Positions 11,056 to 25,040 of a stretch of 64,000 bases of DNA are shown in pieces. The stretch is taken from contig OX597820.1 of assembly GCA_951406725.2 (NCBI GenBank), positions 100,316,001 through 100,380,000 of the forward strand. Direction: 5' to 3'. Each line of letters opens with the position of its first letter. Position 1 is the first letter of the stretch. The position numbers and the translations under genes were made by a program. The notes beneath the pieces were generated by a model. It was not told the DNA's origin. It ran no database searches and worked only from the letters and a program-made list of their open reading frames with translations. The DNA is from Octopus vulgaris. Taxonomy: Eukaryota.

Positions 11056-14000
11056 GTAAGATGGTTGCTTACTTGTTTTTCATCTAAATGATTTTTTTAT
11101 TCCAAAGCTCTTCAGCACTTTTTCACGAGAGTACAGAATGTAAACATTCACACTGACTTGCACTAGCATACATGCATGCTGGATGAAAGCACCCAGTACA
11201 CTCTGTGAAGTGGTTGGCTTTAGGAAGGGCATCCAGCCATAGAAACCATGCCAAAACAGACATGGAGCCTGGCCAGCTTATGTCAGACCATGCAACCCAT
11301 CCCAGCATCATGATGATGTATGTATCTTATTTTTCAGTTTTATTTCTAGATTTCTTGCCAATAGAGAAAGAGCCAATTTCTAACCTAGATTCAAGGCTTC
11401 TTCATTGGAATTTTAAACAACACCAACAAGACATTTGTGTATATTTGTGTGTATGTGTGCAATATTTGGAGTCAGTGCATGTGCAGGCTTGTGTTTTATG
11501 TAATTCTCATGCATATAGTTCTATGTCTCGACATACACATATGTACTTAAATGCTAAACTTTTGGAAAGTTTTACAAATTTTGATACTTCCATTGATGAC
11601 TTGTATCTATAATCTTTTAATTAGCTTTCTCTGTTCTGGTTTTGAGAAGCCTAATTTCTCATGATTCATGCTGGGGCAATTTGTTACATATCCTAGTACC
11701 CCAAAGGTTACAGGTATAAATCTGAACTTTTGATCCAGTTAGAGTAGCTGTAAAATTCTCAGTAGAGCAGCATGTGTGTTTTCTTTCTCACTGATTTTTA
11801 GCTTTATGTCAACATCTGCTGAGCAACTGATTTCCTCTACTGTACTCATCTCTGTCTGATCTATTATGTTTGCATTTTATTGAGGTTTTCACTAGGACAT
11901 TCTACCAGTGCTCTTTCATATTGAGGGACTATGGCCAGATTGCACACAGTTTCTGTTACTAAATTCATTCACAAGGCATTGGTTGGTCCCCAGGTTACAG
12001 TTGAAGACATTTACCAAGGTGCCACATTGTACGATTGAATGCAAAACTGCATAGTTGAGAAGCAAACTTCTTAACTATACAACCATGCATTTTCTTTGTG
12101 TTGATGATTTAGATAATTAAAAATCTATATTAAATTATTATCTTGGGGCCTTGACCTAAATTATTACTTTGAGGCTGTCTTCTAGCTTCAGATTGCCAGC
12201 ATTGTGTCTGTATTAATTAATGCATAAACCAGTTGAGTATCTGATTAAATCTCCAACAGCATTTATGTCTTTCCTGCTATGTTGACTTTATCTTCTATCA
12301 CTCCGAGGTGCATAAATTAAGTAGCAGTAACATACTGGTGTCAATGCATTCAGAACATACTGAAAAGTAGTTGATAAACAAGTGGAGAAAGCAAGGTTCA
12401 AAAGGACCCCTTACTTGAACTCAAAACACAGAGGAACAGAAGTAAATGTTAGAAATTTGGTTGGACCCTCAGCTGCTTTAGCATTAATCATTATAGGGTC
12501 AAAGCCAGAATTTTGGGCTAGGAAACAGTCAGTTAGATTGACCCCCAGAAGGATGAAATGTGAAGCCTAAATACAATGATTTCAAATTTTGACACAAAGC
12601 TAGCAGTCTCTGGGAGGGGTTAAGTCAATTACATCGACCCCCCCCTTTCCCCAGCATACTTGTTTTATCAACTCTGAAAAAATGAAAGGCAAAGTTGACC
12701 CTGGCAGGATTTGAACTTAGAACATGAAGATGAACAAAATGCCATTAAGCATTTTGCCAAGTGTACTCATGATTCTGCAAGCTTGCCACTTTAAAGCCTA
12801 AATATAATAATAGAAGTAGTATAATCTAAATGGTTTATTTCTATTCCAATCATTGAGAGTTTCATTTCGAATCAGTTAAAATGTATTGTGTTACTTCATC
12901 TAATATATCAGAACCCACTTTATTATTACTTATTTGATCGCATATATGATGCTCTATCTTTCCAAATATATGTCTCAAAAAGTTATCCTGGGTTCTAGTG
13001 CAACGTCAAGCCTCCCTAAACCTGATTTTATCCCTGATGCTCACTTTTACCTGAATATACACAGCTAAAATTAGAGTGCATCTAATATGTCAATACATTT
13101 GTATGCCATCAAATATGGAAGATCTTTAGGCATCCCTGAGTAATTTTCCCTCATTCTTTTAATTCAATTCACATCATCATCATCATCTGACATCTGTATT
13201 CCATGCTAGCATGGATGAGATGGTACCACAAGAGCCAGGCAGGCCAAAGCCTGCACCAGGCTTCTGTGACTGTTTTGTCAAGATTTTTACAGTTAAATGC
13301 CCTTCCTAACACCAACCACTTTACAGTGTGGTGTGGGTGCTTTTAAATGGCATCTGCACTAACAGAGTTACCAAGTACTTGCAAGACAAAAACTTTTAGG
13401 AGGGGAGGAGGCATTGGAGGAGGTGATGATGAAAATGTTATAGTGAAACAGATACAGGTGTCTTGCTGTAGAGAAAGTACATGGTTACCCAGCCAGAGAG
13501 AGAAAGATCAGGAATGAAGACAGAAACAGGTGTGCTACTGCAAATATAATACATGGCTACCCAACCTGAGGGAATTGCAGGAGAAAGAAAGAGAGAGAGT
13601 GAGTGAATGCAGGATGGAGATGGTGGCTAAATGCCGAGCATACTCACAAGGAACAGGGATCAGAGTATAAATGAGATGGTTGAGTAAAGGAAGAGAGAGA
13701 TATAGATAGTAACAAGTGCCAGGACATACCCTTGAGGTTCAGATGCCATAATATAAGTGACAAGTTATTGCAAAGGAAGTGCGAGTAAGCTGTGAAAGAC
13801 CTGAGTATATATGGAGGGGGTACTGGATACCAATGATACAGAGGTGTGAGGACAGGATTGGGGAGTGAGAGGTAGGCATAGTGAACGAATTTTAATCAAT
13901 AAATTTTTTTTTTTAGTAAAAGGGCAATGCAGTGAGATGAATCTAATCTTAGCAAATTCATTAGAACACCCTTTGTATGAAACCAAATGGTAAGGTCCAT

Positions 14001-14552
14001 GCTAAACAATGGTAGAGAGGGGAAAATGAACAATTCTGATTAAGAAAGGTTGGGGAGACAACTTTACAACAAAGATATGAAACTCCATTGTTGGAATGTA
14101 GATATCAAAAGCAATGTTACATTTTAAACTTAAGAAAAGTCTTGCATATTTTTACAGTTCCACTTTGTAATGTGTGAATTAATTTGTTGATTTCTTTTTC
14201 TGAAAACAACATTGCCTTTGAAGTGTTATGTGATGTAGTGGTCACAAGTCCAACAAAGGCTGCACATCAATATTACTGTCTTCTTCATGCCTTTGGGAAG
14301 CATATCCATGCATAGTCTTTTTTTTCTTTTAGTATACTGAACATTTCACATCCAGGTCTTTGAGCGATTTCCTGTTAATGTCAGTCTCTTGCAGGTCTTA
14401 ACGTCCATGAAGTGGATTTCCTCTACAGATCAGTCAAATATCCCAAATGTTGGAATGAGGTACTGGTACTGCAAATACATTGTGGAACATTGTCTTGTAA
14501 AAAGAGAGTTCCAGCTGCCAGATTTTTATATTTTATATTTTTACACACGCAT

Positions 14553-14594
<42 letters not shown>

Positions 14595-14758
14595 CTATAT
14601 GGTGAGAGTCTTTCAGTTTCTCTCTACCAAATTCATTCACATCACTTTGGTCAGTGCACTTGCTGATGATGCATCACAATGGGACTGAACCTGAAATCAT
14701 GTAATTGGGAAGCAAACTTCTTAACCACACAACCATGCCTGTGCCTTCACACACACAC

Positions 14759-14809
<51 letters not shown>

Positions 14810-14929
14810 CACACACACACACAAACAGACACAAGCAAGATGCAATGGGTAAATTGTTGCTATTTTATAGTGCATGTCCATTGTTTTTGATTTTGTCAAC
14901 TACACAGTATAGTAGGGTCAGTTGAGCAC

Positions 14930-15665
14930 TGTGTATGAGAAAACAGCACCACGACGCAATTCACTCAGCCAGAAATTTGGAATCAACATGCTGTACTGCT
15001 TGGCATTCACGCTGGAAGATCCAATACAAACATTTTAGAGTATTTGGGTGTCAATCTGAGGGCATGTACCAAGAGTTATAAAAATCAAACATCCAGTCAG
15101 TATCATGGTATTTGGAATGATCACCAGTGATGGCAACATTATGCCTCCATTCATCTTCCCACATGGCCTCACACTCAACATGGAGGCCTACATCAAGTGC
15201 CTGGAGGAGGTAGTGCTATCCTTGGTGAAGTGGGTGGCTACTGGAAGACCCTATGTCTGGCAAAAGGACTTTACACCATGCCACACAGGCAGAACCCAGT
15301 CACAACTGTCAAACAATTTCTGTGACTACATCACCCCTACATCTGGCCACCTAACTCCCCAGACTGCAACTCCTTTGAGTGTGAGACCAGCAAAACTCCT
15401 TGTAACACCAAAGATGAACTGAAGGCAAGAATTATGGCAGCATTCACCGACTTAAACAAGGAGACCATCCAGAGGAGTTGCAGGAGATTTCAAAGTCGTC
15501 TGGAGGCTGTGGTTGAAGCCAGTGATGATTTTATTGAATAAATTTACTCTTTAGTATTTCAAGATATTTTTTTGTGCTTTTGGTAAATATATCTGTTAAA
15601 ATGAGATGTCAGTGTTACTTTCATTTTTTCATAATTTAGACAACAGTTTATTCAGTGCACCCTTT
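14930..15665 (+). mobile_element. Tc1/mariner-superfamily transposase fragment
   Basis: KHPVSIMVFGMITSDG..MPPFIF; YIKCLEEV; PYVWQ.D..PCH; WPPNSPDCN across frameshifts. Confidence 0.8.
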
Positions 15666-15730
15666 ATATATAGAGAGAGAGATGTACAGATAGATAAGTG
15701 GGCAGACAGGTAGATAGATAGATAGATAGT

Positions 15731-15778
<48 letters not shown>

Positions 15779-16680
15779 GAGATGGATGGATGGATGGACG
15801 GACGGACGGACGGGCATACATACATACACACATGCACACACACATGCACACACACACGCCACACAAACTTAATTAAGAAGAAATACAAGAGCTTGAAAGA
15901 GGAATGGTTGAAATATAATGATTAAGAGAGAAACCAAGAAGGTACATTTACGTGGGGTTTAGATAGTAGTATAGATCATCAATTTTTCTCCTTCCTTTTC
16001 TATATTACTCCAAGTGAAAGAATACTTCTTAGAGTGTTTGGGGCTCTCAAATTTTCAGGGTAAATGACAACTCTACTTATTGTTGCTGACAATATAAATC
16101 CATATAGAATACTCTGTCATGAAGTCAGCATGTGAACATACATGTAAAGTTGAAAGGACCCTTCAGTTTTGTCATAGGCATGGCTACCTTTCTAGTGCTT
16201 TGATATGAAAAAAATGGAGCTAGGAAAGTGTTAGGAAGCACATCTGGTGGCAGTGGTGGCAGCGACAGCCTTCATCATACTCATGTCCTTAATTAAATCC
16301 ACAGGAAGACCATCTGCATGACGTTCTCCTGAAACCAAATCACACACACATACATTGAAATAGGAACCTTTTAGTACTGTCTTCCTACCTATATTTTTCC
16401 ACCAATCTGTAACATTCCTAGCTGAACATTAACCCTTATCAAGCTTGTCCAGTAACCCTTATCTTCTAGTCTAGAGAGACTGGAAGGAAATATGAAGAAA
16501 AAAATATTTATAAATAAAAAATCAGTTTACACATACATCTAGAAGTATGGAGGCAGAGCAGAAGTTTTGAGGAATTATTCAAAATGTATGCATTTTCTAT
16601 AAAAACTGAATAAATGTGTGTATGGTTATCAAATAAAATATTATCTTGGTCTCAGGATAATGTACCATTTATCTCTTCAG

Positions 16681-16749
16681 CATCCCGTTGTAAGAAGCAC
16701 ATTCAGAAAGCTATTGATGACATCAAAAAAGAACAACCAGATGCAGTTA
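16681..16749 (+). CDS. DHRSX: DHRSX-like SDR, internal exon (69 bp; ASRCKKHIQKAIDDIKKEQPDAV)
   Basis: Acceptor ctcttcAG, donor GTAAGT at 16750; phase 1-1 joins in frame to the next exon; position fits the SDR alphaC region. Confidence 0.8.
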
Positions 16750-17195
16750 GTAAGTAGATCTATTATTTTGATTCTGTTAATATAATTGAGACATTAAAAG
16801 ATCAAAGATTTTTAATCAAATTTTTCTTCTTCTTTTGAACCCATTTCCATTTCTCTTAGAAGTAGTCCACCACAATGTTAACCCTTTTGGTACCAACCTG
16901 CCTGAGATTACCTTTAATTCTTTGATACAAATTTCCTGTTTTAAACTGAATTAAATTAAATCTTTCCATCAAAATTTTGTGTTTATGTTCTAAATACCAA
17001 CTTAGTAATTGCGATACTATTTTACTAAATTCTTCATTATTTTCAACATTAGCTGAAACTAGGCAATGTATTTCTACAGAAAATGTGGCAGCAAAAGGGT
17101 TAAGAGATGTTGTACACTCAACACGAGCCAGTCTATTCTTGTCACTGGTCCCTATCTGCAGCAAGGTCAGCAGCCTTATTCAATCTAACATTGTA

Positions 17196-19870
17196 CAGTG
17201 ATACCTTGCAGTATGAGTTTAATTCGTTCCATGAGCAGGCTCATTTTACAATTTACTGACTTTACAAATCAATTTTCCTCATTGAAATTAATTAGAATAT
17301 AATTGATCTGTCCCAGGCCCACAAAACCACCCAAAAATCATTTTTTATGGGCTTTAAAACAGAAAAGGTGCAGTTACTAGGGAAAGGACAATTGTAAAAT
17401 CATAATAAAAGAGAATGCAAAAGAAATATGTAAAGTGGTTTTATTAATTTAATTACCTTAAAGATGAGACAATTTGTGTGCAAGGAAGATGCTGGAGCAG
17501 GGATGTGGCGGATTATTGTTTGGAAGGAGAATCTCCTTCCATTATGACTTCAGGAAGAACAATTTCTGGCATTTTCTCTCACACTTCATTTAATTTAGGC
17601 ATTTTGGACATACTTTCACACATTTCATACTTCATTAGAAACATATCAAGAGAAGTCCCCTTTTTCCTTCCTTTCAAAATGTTACCAAAATGTGCCAGAG
17701 CAGTGTCATTAAATGAAACAGCTGCACGACCTGTAGATACTTTTCCAGAATGATATTTTTCTACAAATTCAGAAACATACTGCCACTTTGTCAACACTGC
17801 CTTTATGTCAATTGTAGAGATAGCCTTCTCCTCTACACTGTCCTCTACTGAGGAACTAATCTTGTCCACTGCACCTGAGTGCTGTTATTCCTGAAACTGC
17901 ACGAGTTCATCTGTCATAAGCCCTTCTGAGTGTTCCTTGACAAGATTGTTAATGTCCCCATTGTCAACCTCGAGGCCCATGGACTTGCCAAGAGGCACTA
18001 TCTCCTCGACTACTGATGTCTCAGACTCAAACACCTCGAAGTCTCTTTTGGATACACAATAGGCGTAGGAGTGGCTGTGTGCTAAGTAGCTTGCTAACCA
18101 ACAACATGGTTCCGGGTTCAGTCCCTCTGCGTGGCATCTTGGGCAAGTGTCTTCTGCTATAGCCCCGGGCCGACCAATGCCTTGTGAGTGGATTTGGTAG
18201 ACAGAAACTGAAAGAAGCCCGTTGTATATATGTATATATATATATATGTGTGTGCATGTATGTTTGTGTGTCTGTGTTTGTCCCCCTAGCATTGCTTGAC
18301 AACCAATGCTGGTGTGTTTACGTCCCCGTTACTTAGCGGTTCGGCAAAAGAGACCGATAGAATAAGTACTGGGCTTACAAAAGAATAAGTCCCGGGGTCG
18401 AGTTGCTCCATTAAAGGCGGTGCTCCAGCATGGCCACAGTCAAATGACTGAAACAAGTAAAAGAGTAAAAGAGAAAAGAGAGAATCAGACCACAATTTCC
18501 TCCATGCAGAATTCAACGTTCTTCTCATTACACCCTGCCAGGCCACATTGATGATTTTCAGACAGTTAGCAATGTTGTAGTGCTCCTTCCAAAACTCACA
18601 AATGGTAGATTTGTATTTGTACCCAAAGAACCAACGAAACAGATATTTGGTGTACAATTTCTTAAAATTAGAAATCACCTGTTGGTCCATGGGCTGCAAG
18701 ATAGGGGTGGTGTTGTGTGAAAGGTATAGAACTTTTATGAATTTAAATTCATCCAGGGTATCATCTTCATAGTTAGGAGAGTAAGCAGTAGCATTGTCAA
18801 GGATGAGGAGGGCCTTGAGAGGAATATCATTCTCCAGAAGGTACTTTTTCACTGCTGGTCCAAAGATAAGTTTGACCCACTCAGAGAAGAATTGCTTGGC
18901 AATTTTGCTCTCCACATGACCTGCAGCTTCTCCTTCTGGATTTTGTGCAACTTGAACACTCATGAGTTTTCAGAATGGTAGGCAAGGAACAGCTTAATCT
19001 TCAAGTTTCCACTCACTTTGGTACAAAGGATGAGAGTTAGCCTAACTTCCATAGGCTTGTGACCTAGCATTTTCCTCTCCTCTGCAGTTATGTAGGTTCT
19101 TCTGGGCATTTTTTTCCAAAAAAGGCCAGTTTCATCACTGTTGAATACCTGTTATGCTATGTACCCCTTGGCTGCGATGAGCTGATGGAATTCACACAAG
19201 AAATTCTCAGCTGCCTTTGTGTCAGAACTCACTGCTTCTCCATACCTGATGATGCTATGAACACCAGTTCTCTTCTTCAAATTATTGAATCCACCACAAC
19301 TGGCCTTAAATGCATCTGCTGATGTCTCCTCTGTCAATGTTCCAGGATTCTGCTTCAGGAGATCCCCATACAGTTCTTGTTCTTTCTCGCAGATGGTCTC
19401 CGTAATCATATCCTCCTGGAAGTTGCTTCTCATTGATCCGCAGGAGAAGCAATTTTTCCATCTCTTTGTGGGCAGATGTGCTTTGTAACAGCCTTGATCA
19501 TGTCCTTTTTCTTCAGGATGGTGCAGATGGTTGACATGCTATGTCAACTACATGCACTCCTCTCTCACATCCATCAATGGTATCCTTTTTCAATTCTATC
19601 ATAATCAGCTTTTTCTTCTCAGCAGTCTTTTGCACTAACCTTTTTAGGACCCATGGCTAACACTATTAATTATCATAAAATAATAGCAAAAAGCACACAA
19701 AATTAAAAAGAAAACACTGGGAAAAACACAGCAGGAATGCTGCCACAATGAGATAAAGTGGAGGCTGCGCTTGTTGGTAGAGTATGTGCAAGCTCAGAGC
19801 TGACTAGCGGTCACTTGTATAAAACTCACTTGCACTGCAGATTTCCACTTGTACTTCAAGACAAAAATTC
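17196..19870 (-). mobile_element. Decayed Tigger/pogo DNA transposon interrupted by a SINE
   Basis: FKASCG.F..LKKR (CENP-B HTH); GEA.S.D; QVFN.DETGLFWKKMPRRTYI; ALLILDNA; QPMDQQVISNFKKLY; TA-CAGTG terminus at 17195. Confidence 0.85.
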
Positions 19871-20502
19871 ACATGTGCCTCGGCCAGATATCTAACACTT
19901 AACTGTGTTTCTGGCAAATATAATTTAACTCTCAACTTGTAAATAGACATAATTTTGAATTAAAGTGAGCTTGACACAAATGTACTTTCATGGACAAATT
20001 TTGTAATAGCAGTTGGCAATACCTATAAGTGAACACAAACATCTTGTAATATTGTGGTGGCTAGGATAACCTCTAGCTTGCCTTGTTTAGCATACAACAT
20101 GCCTGTCTGAAGTAGTTAACATAGACAAGAATGCATGAGGAAAGATCAATCCTATCCAAAAATATTTTCAAGAAATTTCATGAGACTTCTATGTAACTAC
20201 CCTTTATCTTTTGGCCACCAGCATGCCTGAAACTGCTTCTAGATCTATGATACATATTCCCTGTTTTAAATTAATCTTAATTATAGCCTGCCATCAACAT
20301 TTCATACAAATTTATTTTCCAAGCACCAGATTAATAATTACAAAGTTATTTTAATAAGTTCTTAATTATTTTCAAAATTAACTGAAACAAAACTGGTGTG
20401 TTTTAACAGTGAGAGGTCACAAACTCTCAACTTTACTATATGTCTACATTAGTATTTTTTTGCCTTAAATCAAATACTTTTCTTTTTCTTTTTTTTTTAT
20501 AG

Positions 20503-20604
20503 TTGAAGGATTTGAAGTTGACCTTGGCTCAATGAAGTCTGTTCACAAATTTGCATATGAGTTCAAATCTCGTAGGCTTCCTCTTCATATACTGATTAAC
20601 AATG
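20503..20604 (+). CDS. DHRSX: DHRSX-like exon (102 bp; IEGFEVDLGSMKSVHKFAYEFKSRRLPLHILINN)
   Basis: Poly-T tract + AG, donor GTATGT; DLxSxxSV and PLHxLINNA motifs of RDH/DHRSX-type SDRs. Confidence 0.92.
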
Positions 20605-21744
20605 GTATGTTTGTTCAAAGCAATGATCTTTTTCTATATTTCTTTTTTCACCTTTTTTGGCAGCATCATTATTGCATATGACAAAATGTTTAGCAGAATT
20701 TCTTTCGATCTCTTCACATTCTAAGTTCAAACTCTGCCTAAGTTGACTTTACCTTGAGATCTGGGATCAATGTAATTAACAAACACCCTCATCCTAAAAT
20801 TGCTGGCCTTGTGCCAAAATTTGAAACCATTATTATTATTATTACTACTACTACTACTACTACTACTACTAATAATAATAATAATAAGAAGAAGAAGAAG
20901 AAGAAGAAGAAGAATACTCTGTGTGCATAAGTGAAAGCAGGGTATTGTAATCACTAGTCTTTGTCTGTGTGTTTGCAAAATTACTTGAAAACAGCTGAAC
21001 AGATTGTCACCAAATTTGGCAAATACTCATAGATATGTGACTGTGTGTGCGTGTGCAGTGATGGATTTGAGGGTTTCATTTATTTACAAGTTGATTTCTT
21101 AATTTCACCAGAGTATAAATACCTATAATGGTGATATTTAAATTTTTTTTTAAATCGAGCTTACAAATTTCCCAATAAGCAAATGATCATATTATTTATG
21201 TCCTCCAATGAACTACAGTACATTTGATTCACCTGCCATCATTGAAAGACATTCGAAACACTTTTCAAATTCTATGCAATATTTTCTGTAAGTATTTAAT
21301 TTTGTTCGCTTTTTTCTCATATGAATGAACCCTCATCTACATGTGTATAGATCACGGTGTACCTATGCATGTAGACATGTGTGGGTTACATACATGCATC
21401 TATATATACATACATACATACATACACACGCACACACACACACACACACACACATATGCAACTGTGTGTACAGTGACGGATTTAAGAGTTCCATTTATTT
21501 ACAAGTTGATTTCTTAATTTCACCAGAATATAAATACTTATAATGATGATACTTAAAAAAAAAATTGTAAAAAAATCAAACTTACAAATTTCTCGATAAG
21601 CAAGTTTAGTCAAACTCTTACAAAGTTTAATTCAGGTCAATTAAAAAGCATGGGTAAGTAACGCATTGTAAGCCACATTATAATTTGTGAAAAAATATAT
21701 CTGCGCACTGGGTATGCATTGCCCCTCCAATGCCATTTTGTCAT

Positions 21745-22620
21745 TACTATTATTATTGTTGTTGTTGTTGTTAATCATAGAGTGCACAGATGTTTTACAC
21801 TTTGAATCAATGTCCTTTATACTGTACCAGAACCAGTTTCTTGAGATATCAAAAACCTTTCTTACAATCCTTGCTGCTCCCAGTAGAGTAGATTTCTGAA
21901 TCAATACATGTCTTGTTGTTACACCAATCTCAATAAGGGAGCTGTTAAGTCTGTTGGTAATGGTACCTAGGTTACCTATAACAACAGGGATTATTTTTGT
22001 AGAAACCTGCCACAATCATCATATTTCCATACCCAAATCCCAGTATTTTCTTATTTTCTCCTGTTCTTTGACCACTTCATTTCTGATGGTGTACTCTTTT
22101 TGCCCCATGTCCAGACCAATAATATCTAGTCACCTGGCATGAATTTCACAATCAGTCTGTACATTAAAATCCCATAAAATCTTGTATTGGTTTTTTTCTA
22201 TTGCACTTTCTGGTTGATGTTCATGCTACTTTCTTCCTACCTCAAATCTTCATTGCTGTAATACATCCCAATGTAGTGCCTTGGCCACACAGTCTCATCT
22301 GCATCTATATTCCTTCTGTGTCAAAGGACTATAGGAGCCTATTATGTACATAATGGATTCCTCTTTCTCATTGCATACTCTGCACTTTGCACATTTTGCA
22401 GATTTGTCGAATTTTGCCTTAATAATATTCGTCTGCAATGACTGACGTTGAGCAGCAACTATAAGTCCTCTGTTTCTTTATTAAAGTCTTCATTCCTCCT
22501 CAGCTGCAATATCTTGCATTTGTTTGAGATGTTGTCTGTGTAGTTCTTTTCCCCAGATATTCCTTTCATGTTTCTGCTTTCTGTTTTTCTTGTATTCCAT
22601 CGCAGTAAACATTTGAACTT
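21745..22620 (-). mobile_element. R4/Dong-like non-LTR element, C-terminal zinc-knuckle and restriction-like endonuclease remnant
   Basis: CRVCNEKEESI..I, KILWDF, IIPVVIGNLG, IQKSTLLGAARIVRKV; (AAC/AAT)n tail. Confidence 0.8.
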
Positions 22621-23356
22621 AGAACGTAGCAGTAGATGAAATACCACTAAACATTTCATCTAGCGTGCTAACGATTCTGCCAGCTTGCTGGCTTTAATGG
22701 CGTATGTATTCCCCACCTGGATGGGATGCCAGTCCATCACAGGATTACTCACTTTTGCCACCTGAGTGGACTAGAGCAACATGAAATGAAGTGTTTTGCT
22801 CAAGAACACAACACATCACTCAGTTCAAGAATCGAAATCACAATCTTACAATCATAAGTCCAACACCCTAACCACCAAGCCATGTGCCTCCACTTGATAT
22901 ATATATAAAAAAATCAAAGGGTAGAGCTGGAAAAATCTTTCATCTCAAGTATACTTGATCACGGCTGTCATGGGAACTAGAGGACAGCATTTTACTGGAG
23001 TAAATACTGGTGTTTGAATTGTGTAGTTAAGTAGCTTGCTTTTCCAAGCATGCCATTTGGGGCTTAGTCCCCCTGCATGGTTTGTCTTTTCTACTATATA
23101 GCCCCAGGGCGACCAAAGCTTTGCAAGCAGACTTGGTACGCAGAAATTGAAAGAAGCCTATCATTATTTATTTATGTATGTATATATGTTTATGTATCTC
23201 ACAGTATTTATGCTTCCCAATCACATGGTTTCAGGTTCAGGCCTAGGGCATGGCACCTTGGGTGAGTGTCTTTTACTATAGCTCTGGACAATCAAAACCT
23301 TATGAGTGGATTTGGTAGATGGAAACTGAAAGAAGTTCATTGTGTATGTGTGTGTT

Positions 23357-23414
<58 letters not shown>

Positions 23415-23872
23415 GTATGTATGTGTGTGTGGGATGGATATGTCTCGTTGACTTGACATTGTGAAATGGTTGTAAACAACCATAACTGTTATTTAAGTGG
23501 TGTCCTTTTCCAATCTTCCATGAAATCATACCCAGCCATATAGAAATATTACCTCACTTAAAAGCAGGTGAGGGTTGTGGGCAGGAAGGGTGGAGTATCT
23601 AACTGTAGAAAACCTCCCACAAATTCTGTTTGACCCATGCAAGCATGGAAAAATGGATGTCAAATTGACAATGATGATAGCAGTGGCAACAACATTTAAT
23701 TTCACCCTTTTACAGTTCATGTTCCAATTTTCTCTGGAGTCATCTTTTTTTTTTTTTTTCCTTCCTTTAAGCTTAATTTAATCAATTAGGTCTCTCTTCT
23801 AGAAATACTGAGAAAATGGGCCCTTGCCTTGCATAAAGAAATCTGTCATATCTTATTACTCCTCTTTTGCAG

Positions 23873-24080
23873 CTGCTGTCATGTATGTCCCTTACAAGAA
23901 AACTGAAGATGGTTTAGAGAGGCACATAGCTGTAAACTATATGGGACACTTCTTGCTCAGTATCTTGCTACTTCCTGTCCTCAACATGTCAGGGACAAAT
24001 CAGTTATTTGCTAGGATTGTAAATGTTTCGTCTTCAACACACCGTGTTGGAAATATAGACTTGTCAACTTTCACTTCAAA
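23873..24080 (+). CDS. DHRSX: DHRSX-like exon (208 bp; AAVMYVPYKKTEDGLERHIAVNYMGHFLL...ARIVNVSSSTH)
   Basis: ttttgcAG acceptor, GTAAGT donor; TEDG.E....NY.GHFLL and RIVNVSS motifs. Confidence 0.95.
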
Positions 24081-24358
24081 GTAAGTCACCACCTTTATAT
24101 TATTACTGTCTTCAGGTTTTGTTTTGTTTTGTATTATTCTCCTCTTTAATTTAGTAATTTTAAACTATTCTTACTTTTTCGTACAGTTTCTGTTCAACTA
24201 AATTCACTCATGAAGCATTGGTCAGCCTGTGCCTATAGTAAAAGACACTTGGCCAAAATGTCATGCAGTAGGACTGAACCTGAAACCATATGGTTGTAAA
24301 ATGAACTTCAAACTACACACACACACACACACACATGTATGCACCTATATATTCTTGT

Positions 24359-24765
24359 ATACGAGGGGTGCTGAAAAGTTGCTGGCTTTGTGTAAAAGAA
24401 AATACAGGAGGATCACTTAACCCTTTAGCATTTAAACCGGCCATATCCGGCCAAAAGTATTCTGCTTGTTTTATGTTCAAACTGGCCATATCTGGTCTCT
24501 CACACCAGCCCTACAATATCATCTTAAAAATTAACAGCTACTTCATCAAATTCTCATAGCTACAAGATTAATGAATGATTAATTCAAAACAATGTAGATG
24601 AAGAAGCATTAATTTTGGCAGAATAATGTGAACACTAAAGGGTTAATTATGATTTTGTTCAACATATTCCCCTCTCAGATTTACACACTGCAATGGTCCT
24701 TCAGTTTTTCTAAGCCCTGGCCTTTCACAATACCCTTAAAGCTAGGAACTTTTGAGCACCTCTTT
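24359..24765. mobile_element. Mariner-type MITE (GAGGGGTGCTGAAAAGTT...AACTTTTGAGCACCTC) with a nested piggyBac-type MITE at 24421-24642
   Basis: TIRs; the uninterrupted relative at 2836-3003 has a single TTAA at the equivalent site. Confidence 0.75.
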
Positions 24766-24820
24766 ATATATGTGTCTCCCAGTTTTTCATTTTTCTTTTT
24801 CATTTTTTTTTTCTTCTCAG

Positions 24821-25040
24821 AGGAGCAAAACCATCACGTTATTCTCCATATGCTTCATACTCTCAATCAAAGCTGGCAATGATTATGGCTACCTACGAGT
24901 TGGCTCGCAGGCTAAAAGCAGCCAAATGCTTTCGTGTTACTGTGAATGCTCTTCATCCAGGGGTTGTCGATACTAATTTGCATTCAAATGCTGTGTTTCC
25001 AGTGCCATTAATTCGCTACTTAATTAGTCGCTTTTATTTG
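24821..25040 (+). CDS. DHRSX: DHRSX-like exon (220 bp) with catalytic YxxxK ([13 protein letters not shown]...[13 protein letters not shown])
   Basis: Long pyrimidine tract + cAG, donor GTAAGT; YSQSK and HPGVVxT SDR motifs. Confidence 0.95.

Noticed and set aside
13910-14520. Possible decayed pol or transposase, or a host exon
   Set aside because: No convincing motif or continuous frame
1-16680. DHRSX N-terminal exons (TGxxxGxG), including a donor-like ATG|GTAAGT at ~153
   Set aside because: No Rossmann-motif exon found; the sequence before the 153 donor shows no SDR similarity; these exons probably lie upstream of the window
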